Shown: positions 47,868 to 57,786, numbered from the stretch's first letter. The stretch: DNA of 64,000 nt from Candidatus Omnitrophota bacterium (GCA_028716065.1 JAQUQN010000001.1:13266-77265); one strand, 5' to 3'. The notes: generated by a model not told the origin, from the letters alone. Numbers and translations are program-made.

Positions 47868-47979
47868 TTGTATCACCCTAAGTTAATGGGTCTGTTCTTG
47901 TACATATCGGTATAATGCTGTATTAATGTGTATCAATGGAGGATAGGATATACTAATCGCATAAGAAGGTGGTGGCGCC

Positions 47980-48174
47980 ATGCCCGAAGAAACTCTATTT
48001 ACAGTTGATGAATTGGCCACCTATCTGAGGATGAAGCCTGTTACCATATATAAACACGCTAAAGCAGGCAAACTTCCGGGATTCAAGGTAGGGGCCAACT
48101 GGCGGTTCAAGAAGTCGACTATCGATCGCTGGATCACTGACCAGGAAAAAGAACGAAATCATATCACCAAATAA
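47980..48174 (+). CDS. HTH_17 (excisionase-family) small DNA-binding protein
   Basis: FTVDELATYLRMKPVTIYKHAKAGKLPGFKVGANWRFKKSTIDRWI, 64 aa. Confidence 0.65.
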   Translation: MPEETLFTVDELATYLRMKPVTIYKHAKAGKLPGFKVGANWRFKKSTIDRWITDQEKERNHITK

Positions 48175-48175
48175 T

Positions 48176-48214
48176 ACCCAATTACTATATAGTTAATTGG
48201 GTATTTTAGTTTTA
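48176..48214 (+). terminator. Weak terminator-like hairpin after the HTH_17 gene
   Basis: ACCCAATT / AATTGGGT 8-bp stem with an 11-nt loop, followed by a T-rich run (ATTTTAGTTTTA). Confidence 0.35.
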
Positions 48215-48255
48215 GGGGAGCTGATAAGCGCGAGATACCGATCAGATTATAACCT

Positions 48256-49509
48256 ATGAATAAGAGAATAGTGATAACGGGTATAGGGGTGCTGGCATCT
48301 AATGGTATAGGTAAGAAGGCCTTCTGGGATGCGCTCAAAAAGGGCCGTTCCGGAATAAAACCGGTAACGTTATTCGATACGGGTAATTTGAGGGCAAAGA
48401 CGGCTGGAGAGATCAGCGATTTTAAACCGGAGGACATATTGGGGCCGAAGGGATTACGGAATCTTGATAGAAGCACGAAGCTCGTTCTCAGCGCCTCAAA
48501 ACTGGCGCTGGACGATGCCGGTATAAAATACCCGCTTTCAGAGGACGAGACGGATCTTTTCGGTGTTTCATTAGGTTCGACCATGGGTTCGGTGTGGTCC
48601 ATAAGCGAATTCGATAAGGAAGCGCTACGCGAGGGGCCGCGCTCGGTCAACCCGGCGCTCTTTCCAAATACCGTGATAAATTCGCCCGCGAGCCATGTAT
48701 CGATAAATTTCAATATACAGGGATTTAACGCGACCATCTCGACGGGCTTCTGTTCGAGCGTCGATGCCATCTATTATGCGATGAACATGCTGGAATTATA
48801 TGAATATGAGGTTGTTCTCACCGGGGGCGTTGAGGAATTATGCGAACAGACCTATAAGGGTTTTCATAAGATAGGACATCTGGCCGGCTCAAGGGACGGC
48901 AAGCAAGAGATCAACTGCCCGTTCGATAAACGGAGGAACGGCATCGTCTTTGGCGAAGGCGCCTGCATAGTCGTATTGGAAAAACTAGAGCATGCGCTCA
49001 AGAGAAAGGCCAGGATTTACGCGGAAGTGCTCGGTTATGGCACATCCTTCGACCCCGATAGCAGGAATATCTATAGCCCCAAAGCAAAAGGAGCCGCGGA
49101 GGCGATAAGGGCATGCCTGGCGGACGCGAAAATAGGCGCGGATGATATCGGCTATATAAGCGCGAGCGCAAATTCGACGCTCGATTGCGACGCGATGGAG
49201 GCGAAAGCAGTGACGGACGTATTCGGTGAAAGAGGCAAAAGCGTGCCGATGAGTTCCGTAAAATCGATGATAGGCGAGTCATTTTCCGCCGGCGGCGCGT
49301 TCAATGTCGCGGCAAGCGTGGGCGTATTGGAGGAGAGCTTCCTGCCGCCTACGATAAATTACGAAAAGAAGGACCGGCGCTGCGACGTCGACTGCGTGCC
49401 GAACAAGGCAAGAGACGCGAAGGTCGATAAGATACTAGTGAATTCCTTCAGCCCGACAGGTGTGAATTCGAGTTTATCAATATCAAAATACAATTATCAG
49501 GATAGCTAA
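48256..49509 (+). CDS. Beta-ketoacyl-ACP synthase homolog lacking both catalytic His residues (chain-length-factor-like KAS partner)
   Basis: KAS fold with the active-site Cys context (ISTGFCSSVDA). The HGTxT motif is replaced by SASANSTLD and the GHxxGAAG motif by GESFSAGG. Confidence 0.75.
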   Translation: MNKRIVITGIGVLASNGIGKKAFWDALKKGRSGIKPVTLFDTGNLRAKTAGEISDFKPEDILGPKGLRNLDRSTKLVLSASKLALDDAGIKYPLSEDETDLFGVSLGSTMGSVWSISEFDKEALREGPRSVNPALFPNTVINSPASHVSINFNIQGFNATISTGFCSSVDAIYYAMNMLELYEYEVVLTGGVEELCEQTYKGFHKIGHLAGSRDGKQEINCPFDKRRNGIVFGEGACIVVLEKLEHALKRKARIYAEVLGYGTSFDPDSRNIYSPKAKGAAEAIRACLADAKIGADDIGYISASANSTLDCDAMEAKAVTDVFGERGKSVPMSSVKSMIGESFSAGGAFNVAASVGVLEESFLPPTINYEKKDRRCDVDCVPNKARDAKVDKILVNSFSPTGVNSSLSISKYNYQDS

Positions 49510-50633
49510 TGATAAATAAAGTAGGTTTTATAGGTCATCCAATAGATCTGGAGCATCTATACAAAATGCTTGGACCATGGGCATTTTTTGCCAGGAAGAT
49601 AGCACCTTATCAACTTAATGCGATGCTTAAAAATATTCCGCCATATAGGCTTGTTTCGGTTAAAAATATACGATCCGCTAAGAACGCATTGATTGACTGC
49701 CACACGATTATCTGCCCTCTCATGCCTACAGCTATGGTAAGCCTTGACGAAGAGTTTGTACTTAAGAAAATAACACAAGCGGTAAAAGTTGCCGAGCGGC
49801 TAGGTGCGAAAATAGTTACGCTTGGCGGTTTCACGTCTGTGGTAGGCAATGAAGGTGAAACGGTTTCTAAACGCGTCGGTGTGCCGATTACAAGCGGTAA
49901 TACTTATACCGCGGCCCTTGCCATTGAAGGCATATTAAAGGCCGCGTATTATATGGAGATAGACCTTGCGCGGGCGACGCTTGCTGTAATAGGCGCCACA
50001 GGAGACATAGGTTCGATATGTACGAAGGTTTTATCCAAAAAGATGCAAAAGCTTAATATCGTTGCTCGGAATGAGGAACGGATGAATGTACTAATGCGGG
50101 AAGTGCAACATGATGGCAGGGTTCAAGTTGAGACATTTAAATATTACAAAGACGCCGTTAAAAACGCTGACATAATACTTGCCGTTACAAGTGCCGTTTC
50201 TACTATAATCGAGCCGGAAAATTTAAAGCCCGGTTCTATCGTCTGCGACGTCGCTATCCCGGCGAATATAGCCAAAGAAGTTGTTAATGTAAGGAATGAT
50301 GTGTTTGTCTTTGAGGGTGGATTGGCGAAACTTCCTTATCAACATGAAATAAAGGACAGGGTTTTTAACGAACTTATGCCCTCTGGAAGTATCTATGGTT
50401 GTCTTGCCGAAGGAATGGTTCTTGCTTTCGATGGAAAGTTCGAAAATTACTCTATCGGGCGCGGAAATATAACAGAAGAGAAAATTAATGAGATATCTAA
50501 AATAGCAAGAAAGCACGGCCTTCATCTTGCGGACTTTTTTTGCGGATATAGATTTTATTCCGAAGATGACATGGAATCAATCAAACGAAATGCAAAAAGG
50601 AATATCTTAAGTGGAAAATTCGTTAAAAGATAA
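49509..50633 (+). CDS. Acyl-ACP reductase (AAR) family homolog (fatty aldehyde-forming)
   Basis: Recalled cyanobacterial AAR blocks match: GFIGHPIDLEHL~GLIGHLTSLEQ; IVTLGGFTSVV~ISALGGFTSII; TSGNTYTAAL~TTGNTHTAYV; LAVIGATGDIGS~VAVVGATGDIGS; catalytic-Cys context IYGCLAEGM~MFACFAEAM; GRGNITEEKINEI~GRNQITIEKMEAI. The start overlaps the KAS1 stop by 1 nt. Confidence 0.65.
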   Translation: MINKVGFIGHPIDLEHLYKMLGPWAFFARKIAPYQLNAMLKNIPPYRLVSVKNIRSAKNALIDCHTIICPLMPTAMVSLDEEFVLKKITQAVKVAERLGAKIVTLGGFTSVVGNEGETVSKRVGVPITSGNTYTAALAIEGILKAAYYMEIDLARATLAVIGATGDIGSICTKVLSKKMQKLNIVARNEERMNVLMREVQHDGRVQVETFKYYKDAVKNADIILAVTSAVSTIIEPENLKPGSIVCDVAIPANIAKEVVNVRNDVFVFEGGLAKLPYQHEIKDRVFNELMPSGSIYGCLAEGMVLAFDGKFENYSIGRGNITEEKINEISKIARKHGLHLADFFCGYRFYSEDDMESIKRNAKRNILSGKFVKR

Positions 50634-51354
50634 AGTAGTGGTTGTTACGGGTGGTTCGCGAGGAATCGGCAGAGCGATCGTCTTTGAATTCATATATAAC
50701 GGAGCAAAGGTTGTCTTTACGTATTTAAAGAGCGATGAAGCCGCCGGTGTAGTTTTAGATGAGATAAAGGAATTAAAAGGAGAGGCAGAAGCTATAAAAT
50801 CCGATTCAAGAGATTTTATTGAGGCAAAAAAGGTCGTAGAAGAAACGGTAAAAAAATTTGGGAGGCTCGACATACTCGTAAATTCCGCCGGTATAATCAA
50901 GGATAAGGCATTAATGATGATGGAGCCTTCGGAATGGCAGGAAGTGATTAATACCAACTTAACGGGTTACTTTAATATGGCAAAGGCCTCGATAGTTACT
51001 ATGATGAAGCAAAAGAGTGGTTCGATAATAAATATATCATCAGTCGCGGGAGTCATCGGGACGGCCAGACAGGTAAATTACGCAAGCGCAAAGGCAGGCA
51101 TTATAGGTTTTACAAAATCGTTAGCCAAAGAGGTGGCTTCTTATAATATACGTGTTAATTCTGTAGCACCAGGATATATCGAAACAGACATGACAAAAGA
51201 TTTAAAGCAGAAAGAAAGCTTGCTTAAGATTATACCAGTTGCCCGTTTTGGCACACCTCAGGAAGTGGCGAAAGTGGTAGCCTTCTTAGCCAGCGAAAAG
51301 GCAAATTACATTACCGGTCAGGTAATAAAAGTAGATGGGGGATTAGCAATTTAA
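50611..51354 (+). CDS. fabG: 3-oxoacyl-ACP reductase (SDR)
   Basis: TGGSRGIG cofactor motif, NSAG, and a YxxxK catalytic dyad (YASAKAG). Confidence 0.85.
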   Translation: MENSLKDKVVVVTGGSRGIGRAIVFEFIYNGAKVVFTYLKSDEAAGVVLDEIKELKGEAEAIKSDSRDFIEAKKVVEETVKKFGRLDILVNSAGIIKDKALMMMEPSEWQEVINTNLTGYFNMAKASIVTMMKQKSGSIINISSVAGVIGTARQVNYASAKAGIIGFTKSLAKEVASYNIRVNSVAPGYIETDMTKDLKQKESLLKIIPVARFGTPQEVAKVVAFLASEKANYITGQVIKVDGGLAI

Positions 51355-51369
51355 AAATAGGAGTTATAT

Positions 51370-51624
51370 ATGCCAGAGATTAATTCGCAGAATTTGGAAC
51401 AAGAATTAAGATCGCTCATAGCCAGTATTGTCGAGATAGATGAGAAGAAGATTACACCGGAAGCAAAGTTTATCGAAGACCTGGGAATGGATTCGATGAT
51501 GGCGCTTGAAATATTAGCATCGGTGGAGAAAAAATATAAGATAAGAATACCGGAAGAAAATTTAGCAAAAATGACAAATTTAAATAAAGTTGCTGACCTC
51601 GTGAAAGGATTTTTATCAAAATGA
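51370..51624 (+). CDS. acpP: Acyl carrier protein
   Basis: DLGMDSMMALE phosphopantetheine-attachment motif, 84 aa. Confidence 0.85.
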   Translation: MPEINSQNLEQELRSLIASIVEIDEKKITPEAKFIEDLGMDSMMALEILASVEKKYKIRIPEENLAKMTNLNKVADLVKGFLSK

Positions 51625-52835
51625 AAAGGCGTGTTGTCGTGACAGGATTAGGCGCTGTAACGTCAATAGGAATCGGCAAAGATGAATTTTGGAAGAATCT
51701 TATAGCCGGAAAATCAGGGATAGGTAACGTTACCACATTTAATACATCTGATTATCCAATTAATAAAGGCGGCGAGGTCAAAAATTTTAAACCAACGGAT
51801 TTTATTTCCAAAAATAAGTTAAAAGATATGGCCAGGGCGTCTCAATTTGCTGTTGCTGCGGCAAAAATGGCACTGGAAGATGCGAAATTGAGTATAAATG
51901 AGATAAGGGAACAGAAAACCGGAACTATAATTGGGACAACAATGGCAGATATCCAATCTCTCGAGCAGATTGATAAATACTGGACTAAAAACGGCGAAGA
52001 TGAAGTTTGGCCTATAAATGTTATTAAATATCCAGGTAATGAGTTATCAGAAAATATAGGCTATTTTTTTGATATAAGCGGACCTAATTATACGATACCA
52101 ACTGCATGTTCAGCTGGTAATTACTCTATTGCATATGCATTTGATCTTATTCGTGAAAATAGATCGCATATTATGATTGCAGGAGGTACGGATCCATTTT
52201 CTAGAATTACGTTTACTGGATTTAATCGTCTTTATGCTATGGCGCCGGAAAAGTGCCAACCATTTGATAAAAATAGAAAAGGAATGATGATAGGAGAGGG
52301 TTCTGGTATTTTGATTTTAGAAGAATTGGAAGCTGCTAAAAAAAGAAAGGCAAATATTTATTGTGAGATATTAGGATATGGGTTGAGTTGCGATGCTTAC
52401 AATATGACAATTCCGCGAGTCGAAGGAGTTGTCAAAGTCATGGAAAAAGCAATAAAGAATAGTGGAGTTGCTAAGGAGGACATAGATTATATTAGCGCCC
52501 ATGGAACCGGCACTCCGGCAAATGATAAGACAGAATGTGAAGCTATAAAAAAAGTATTTGGCAATTTAAGCAAAGACTTATCAGTTAGTTCGATAAAATC
52601 GATGCTTGGTCATACTATGGGTGCCGCAAGCGCATTAGAGGCGATAACATGTTGTCTTGCCATTCAAAATTCAACTATGCCCCCAACTATTAACTACGAG
52701 ACACCCGATCCAGACTGTGATTTGGATATTACTCCTAATAATGCCAAGAAAAAGATGCTTAAAGTAGTTTTAAACAATTCTTTTGCTTTTGGTGGAAATA
52801 ATGCATGTGTGGTGTTAGGAAGGTATAGAAATTAA
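51621..52835 (+). CDS. fabF: Beta-ketoacyl-ACP synthase II (complete Cys-His-His triad)
   Basis: TACSAG (Cys), SAHGTGTPANDK (His) and GHTMGAASA (His). Confidence 0.85.
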   Translation: MKRRVVVTGLGAVTSIGIGKDEFWKNLIAGKSGIGNVTTFNTSDYPINKGGEVKNFKPTDFISKNKLKDMARASQFAVAAAKMALEDAKLSINEIREQKTGTIIGTTMADIQSLEQIDKYWTKNGEDEVWPINVIKYPGNELSENIGYFFDISGPNYTIPTACSAGNYSIAYAFDLIRENRSHIMIAGGTDPFSRITFTGFNRLYAMAPEKCQPFDKNRKGMMIGEGSGILILEELEAAKKRKANIYCEILGYGLSCDAYNMTIPRVEGVVKVMEKAIKNSGVAKEDIDYISAHGTGTPANDKTECEAIKKVFGNLSKDLSVSSIKSMLGHTMGAASALEAITCCLAIQNSTMPPTINYETPDPDCDLDITPNNAKKKMLKVVLNNSFAFGGNNACVVLGRYRN

Positions 52836-52840
52836 AAAAT

Positions 52841-53431
52841 ATGAGCACAGAATCTTTATTATTAAATTTAATAAAATCAAGAAGGACGATTAGGAAATAT
52901 AAAAAGCTGGATGTTAAAGATGACTTGATTAATAAAATATTAGAAGCAGCTAGATGGGCGCCGTCGGCGCATAATATACAACCTTGGAAATTTGTTGTTG
53001 TGAAAGATACGAGAGTAATTAATGAAATATATGAGATTATGATGAAAAAGGAAAAACAGTTGTTGGCTGGATTCAATATAGTTTTAAAGGAAACTGCCAA
53101 GTGTTTAATAAACTGTAAATGTGTAATTGTAGCTTATACAGATGGTAGCATATTAAGAAAATTCAATAGATTAGAAGAGCCATATGCGTCTATCGGAAGA
53201 ATATATGAAATTCAATCGGTGTCTTTTGCAATAGATAATATAATGTTGTATGTACATGCCTTAGGCTTAGGCACAGCATGTTTGGGAATGGCTCTATTTT
53301 GCGAAAAAGAAATCAACAAATTACTTAAACAGAAGGGTAATCTTATAGCTCTTTTATCGTTAGGTTTTCCCGATGAGACGCCTGCTGCTAGAGCACGAAA
53401 GTCTTTATTACAAGTTAGCCAAACAATATGA
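52841..53431 (+). CDS. Nitroreductase-family flavoprotein
   Basis: RRTIRKYKK...AARWAPSAHNIQPWKFVVV motif. Confidence 0.75.
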   Translation: MSTESLLLNLIKSRRTIRKYKKLDVKDDLINKILEAARWAPSAHNIQPWKFVVVKDTRVINEIYEIMMKKEKQLLAGFNIVLKETAKCLINCKCVIVAYTDGSILRKFNRLEEPYASIGRIYEIQSVSFAIDNIMLYVHALGLGTACLGMALFCEKEINKLLKQKGNLIALLSLGFPDETPAARARKSLLQVSQTI

Positions 53432-54879
53432 AAATAAGCACTAAATACGATGTGATTATTATAGGTAGTGGGATAGGGGGACTTGTTAGTGGATGCTATT
53501 TGGCAAGGGCCGGCATGAAAGTTCTAGTTGCAGAACAACACGTTAGTCCAGGAGGCTATTGTAGTTCATTTAAAAGAAGAGGATTTACTTTTGATTCGAG
53601 CATTCATTATATAAAATTTAGCGAGAAGGAAAGTTTGCTTGCCAGGATAATAGAAGATTTTAAAATAGAAAAACACATTAGATTTTATAATCTTAATCAA
53701 TCAGATTTAATTATTACACCAGCTGGCCAGTTTTATATTAATAGTGACATATCAAAAACAATAGCCAATTTAATAGATATTTTTCCTAGTGAAGAAAAGG
53801 GAATAAAGGACTTCTTTGATTTTTTGAATACAAAAAATATAGCGTTTTTATATTCTAGAACGAGAAACAGAACATTATTTGATTTGATGAAAATATATTT
53901 CAAGAATAAGGAATTGATAGCAATATTTAATTGTCTTTTAATGAATATAGGTTTGCCTATAGATAGGGTTGATGCACTAAAGGCGTATTTCTTTTTCAAG
54001 GAATTTTTCTTTAATCAAAGTTATTATCCAAGAGGTGGTATGCAAAAATTTGCAGATACATTAGCCTCTGTGTTAATAGGTTACGGGGGAGAAATAATGT
54101 ATTCTAATAGAGTTGATAAAATAATAACGAAAAATAATAAAAGTAACGGCGTGATAATTGACAAAATGAAGATTCGGTCGAATTATGTAATTAGCAATGC
54201 AGATCCTCATAACACATTCATAGAGTTAGTAGGTAAAAACAAAATATCAAAAAAATTATTGAATCGAATAAAGCGCTTAATTCCATCTATGTCCGCATTT
54301 ATTGTATATATAGGGCTAGATAGTAGTGTTAAATCGAATTATTCTATAAATAATAGTATATGGTATTTCCCATCCTCAAACTTTAACAGAACCTATGATG
54401 CGATAAGAAATGGAAAGCCAATAATAAAAGATGATTACTTAATATGCTCGTTTCCATCTTCCTATGATAAAAATCTAGCACCTAGCGGAGGCGTTTCAGT
54501 TGCCATATTTTCTGGCGCCACATTTAATACAAAAAAATATTGGGAAAACCACAGAAGAAAATTTGAAGAAAATATTATAAGGAGAGCCAGAGCCATATTT
54601 CCATGTATCTCCGAACATGTAAAAGTTTTATTATCAGCTACACCCTTTACGCTTTATAGATATACACATAATCTTAAGGGAGCTTGCTATGGGCTTGCTT
54701 CTTTAAGAACACAGATGCGCAAGACTTTTATGCCACAACAGACAGAAATAGAAAATCTTTTTATGGCTGGACATTGGACTACGCATGGAATAGGTCAAGG
54801 TGGGCTATCAATGGCAGCATTTTCTGGAGTTTCCGCCGCCAAGCGTATAATTAAACTAAAACCAGAAGGTAGATTATGA
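53428..54879 (+). CDS. FAD-dependent oxidoreductase, phytoene-desaturase (CrtI/CrtD)-like
   Basis: N-terminal dinucleotide-binding motif DVIIIGSGIGGLVSGCYLARAG...GGYCSS and a CrtI-family length of 483 aa. Confidence 0.75.
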   Translation: MKISTKYDVIIIGSGIGGLVSGCYLARAGMKVLVAEQHVSPGGYCSSFKRRGFTFDSSIHYIKFSEKESLLARIIEDFKIEKHIRFYNLNQSDLIITPAGQFYINSDISKTIANLIDIFPSEEKGIKDFFDFLNTKNIAFLYSRTRNRTLFDLMKIYFKNKELIAIFNCLLMNIGLPIDRVDALKAYFFFKEFFFNQSYYPRGGMQKFADTLASVLIGYGGEIMYSNRVDKIITKNNKSNGVIIDKMKIRSNYVISNADPHNTFIELVGKNKISKKLLNRIKRLIPSMSAFIVYIGLDSSVKSNYSINNSIWYFPSSNFNRTYDAIRNGKPIIKDDYLICSFPSSYDKNLAPSGGVSVAIFSGATFNTKKYWENHRRKFEENIIRRARAIFPCISEHVKVLLSATPFTLYRYTHNLKGACYGLASLRTQMRKTFMPQQTEIENLFMAGHWTTHGIGQGGLSMAAFSGVSAAKRIIKLKPEGRL

Positions 54880-57008
54880 CAATTTACGCATTATCTTCCT
54901 TTTCAGCATCTTTTCTTTTATATTTTCTAGCGCTTTTTGTTTATTTGAATAATAAAAAAAGATTTTTAAATCAAATTTATGCTGTTCAGGCAGTTATAAT
55001 AGGATCTTGGATATTTGGATGCTTTGGGGAAAGCGTTATAAATAACTATCAGTTTATAACCATTTGGGATAAAGCGCTAAATATTTTTGCGATATTTTCT
55101 CCACCCTTATTTTTGCATACTTATTATGCCATTCTAGGAGAAAGGGCCACTAAGCCAGTAAAATTTCTATATGCGCTATCAGTCATTTTACTATTTTTAA
55201 GTTTTAATCCTTTGTATATTAAGAGTGTTGAGTATCGATATGGTGTTAGATTTATTTCTAATCCTGGTCCGCTTTATAGCATTTTTATATTTGCTGTTTT
55301 ATTCGCTTTTTCAATTAGCTTCTATAAAATTTTTAATGCATTAAAGAATGCAGATAGTCAGAAAAAAACACAGCTTAACTATGTAATAATTGCAACAGCA
55401 AGTATGTTTATTGCGGCAGTTATATATTTAGCAATGGTTTTAAATGTAGCAATATCACCTCTTGATAATACTTTAAACTCTATATATGGGCTTCTTATTG
55501 CCTATGCCATTGTTCGTCATCAGTTGATGGATATTTCAGTAATCATAAAAAAGACCCTCGTCTTTGCGGGGCTTTTGGCTTCTGTCTTTGCAATACTGAT
55601 TTTACCTACCTTGATTATACAAGAATACTTGTTAAGAGGAGCAGGGTTTAAGGGTAGGATGATAGGCCTTACCATAAGCGGTATAATAATAATATTAACC
55701 ATGCGCAGGATCGAGAACTTTCTCATTAATATAACCGACAAATACCTCTTCCAGAAGAAATACGATTATAAGGAACTGCTCAAGACATTCACAGCAGAAG
55801 TATTAACAGTTCTAAACCTTGACAGGTTGGTGGACCTTACAATAGACAAATTATCGGATATAATCAAACTAATCTCTGCGGCAGTATTGTTATTCGATGA
55901 TGATAAACAGGAATTTAAGATAGCCGCCTCCCAAGGCATAAAAGACCCATCGCTGACGCTGATAAGGCCTGACGGCATAGTGACATTCTTAGAACAGACA
56001 CATGGTTATTTATTGAGGAAGGAATTGGTTGAAAAGAAGATATTTATACCGGATACCATAAAAGATATCATGGATAAGTTGAATGCAGAGCTCATCATAC
56101 CGATGGTGCTCCACGAAGAAGTAATAGGTGTCTTATCCCTGGGCAAGAAAAAATCAGATGAAGATTACTCTCAGGATGATTTAGATATATTACTGCCCCT
56201 GGCCAGAACCCTTGCCATCGCTATCTCGAACGCAAAACTATTCGCCGAACTCGGTAAGACTCAAGCCGAAGCTGCCCAGAGAGAGAAGATGGCGGTCATA
56301 GGGACGCTCTCGGCAGGGATAAATCACGAAATATGTAATCCGCTGGGAATAGCAAGGGGGCAGTGTGAAGCGTTCTTGTTGAATATTAAGGACGGGCTCT
56401 ATAAAGACAAGAGCCAGGAGGACCTGTTAAAAAAGGCGCAGGAGATCATGACGAAGGTCATCAAGGAGACGGACAGGGCTACGGCCATAACGAAGAAACT
56501 CTCCGGTTTTGCCAAACCCGCTAAGGGTGAAGCTGAAATGATCAATATAGATAAAGAGGTGGACGAAGTTTTGGGCCTCGTCGGTTATGAATTAAAACTG
56601 GAAAAGATAGAGGTTGAGAAACGTATCGAACAAGGCCTCCCGAGCATCTTTGTTGACAGGAAACAACTTCAGGAGGTACTGTTCAATCTCATAAGGAACG
56701 CAGGACAGGCGATAGGCGAGAAAGGCAAGATCACGGTTATAGCTAAGCAGGAGAAGAATACGATATCGATAGACATTAAAGATACGGGCTCGGGTATTCC
56801 GCAGGAGAAGATAAGAGAGTTATTCAACCCTTTCTTTACTACTAAAGAGCCGGGCAAGGGGACGGGGCTCGGGCTCTTCATAGTCCGCCAGGTCGTTGAA
56901 AAGAACGGCGGCCGTATCTATCTTAAAGAGACGAAGGTCGGCGAAGGGACGACGTTCACGCTTGAATTTCCGGCGTCCGTTTCTCAGGAAGCGAGGGTCA
57001 GGGCATGA
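54876..57008 (+). CDS. Sensor histidine kinase with a multi-TM N-terminal sensor and a GAF domain
   Basis: About 7 N-terminal TM helices, a GAF domain, HisKA (GINHEICNPL), and HATPase_c (GSGIPQE...GTGLGL). Confidence 0.8.
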   Translation: MTIYALSSFSASFLLYFLALFVYLNNKKRFLNQIYAVQAVIIGSWIFGCFGESVINNYQFITIWDKALNIFAIFSPPLFLHTYYAILGERATKPVKFLYALSVILLFLSFNPLYIKSVEYRYGVRFISNPGPLYSIFIFAVLFAFSISFYKIFNALKNADSQKKTQLNYVIIATASMFIAAVIYLAMVLNVAISPLDNTLNSIYGLLIAYAIVRHQLMDISVIIKKTLVFAGLLASVFAILILPTLIIQEYLLRGAGFKGRMIGLTISGIIIILTMRRIENFLINITDKYLFQKKYDYKELLKTFTAEVLTVLNLDRLVDLTIDKLSDIIKLISAAVLLFDDDKQEFKIAASQGIKDPSLTLIRPDGIVTFLEQTHGYLLRKELVEKKIFIPDTIKDIMDKLNAELIIPMVLHEEVIGVLSLGKKKSDEDYSQDDLDILLPLARTLAIAISNAKLFAELGKTQAEAAQREKMAVIGTLSAGINHEICNPLGIARGQCEAFLLNIKDGLYKDKSQEDLLKKAQEIMTKVIKETDRATAITKKLSGFAKPAKGEAEMINIDKEVDEVLGLVGYELKLEKIEVEKRIEQGLPSIFVDRKQLQEVLFNLIRNAGQAIGEKGKITVIAKQEKNTISIDIKDTGSGIPQEKIRELFNPFFTTKEPGKGTGLGLFIVRQVVEKNGGRIYLKETKVGEGTTFTLEFPASVSQEARVRA

Positions 57009-57376
57009 ATAAACCGCGGATCATAGCTATAGACGATGAAGCCGAGTTCATAGACATGCTGAAGAATTATTTCGCGCCGAGAGGCTATGATATCGAAGTG
57101 GCCCTGCGCGGAGCGAGCGGCATAGAACTGGTGAAGGATAAGAAACCCGACGTCGTCCTGATGGACCTGAAGATGCCGGGGATAGACGGGGACGAGGTAT
57201 TGAAGCTGCTTAAATCGATGCAGCCGTCGTCGAAGATAATATTCATAACAGCTTACGATGATGGAGGAAAGACTAAGGAGCGCCTTTTAAAGACGGGCGC
57301 TTACGCGTGTTTCGATAAACCGCTCTCATCGCTGCGTGAGCTTGAGGAGACGATCTTGCGCGCAGCCAACGAATAG
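57005..57376 (+). CDS. Single-domain response regulator (CheY-like receiver)
   Basis: IIAIDDE...DLKMPGIDG receiver motifs, 123 aa. Confidence 0.8.
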   Translation: MNKPRIIAIDDEAEFIDMLKNYFAPRGYDIEVALRGASGIELVKDKKPDVVLMDLKMPGIDGDEVLKLLKSMQPSSKIIFITAYDDGGKTKERLLKTGAYACFDKPLSSLRELEETILRAANE

Positions 57377-57378
57377 AG

Positions 57379-57786
57379 GTGGTATGTATGCCAAAACTCT
57401 TGGTTGTTGATGATGAACATGATATCTGTGATTTTGTAAAAAATTTCTTTCAGGAGAGAGGTTTCGAAGTATTCACGGCTTCGAACGGAGATGAGGCATT
57501 GGCCATGGTCAAAGAGGATAAGCCGGACATAGTCCTCCTGGATGTAAAGATGAAGGGCATGGACGGTATCGCGGCCCTGAAGCATATTAAGGACATAGAC
57601 AGGTCATTGAAGGTGATAATGGTGACCGCTCTCGAAGACCAGGATAAGATGGTGGAGGCGTCGAAACTGGGAGCGTGTGATTATATCACGAAGCCGCTCG
57701 TCCTGGACCATCTGGAGCAGACAGTAGATAAGAGGTTAAAAGAGATGCCTGATCAGGGATTAAAGGGAGAATTCAGTGAGCGCTGA
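57379..57786 (+). CDS. Single-domain response regulator (CheY-like receiver), second copy
   Basis: LLVVDDEHD...DVKMKGMDG receiver motifs, 135 aa. Confidence 0.8.
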   Translation: MVCMPKLLVVDDEHDICDFVKNFFQERGFEVFTASNGDEALAMVKEDKPDIVLLDVKMKGMDGIAALKHIKDIDRSLKVIMVTALEDQDKMVEASKLGACDYITKPLVLDHLEQTVDKRLKEMPDQGLKGEFSER

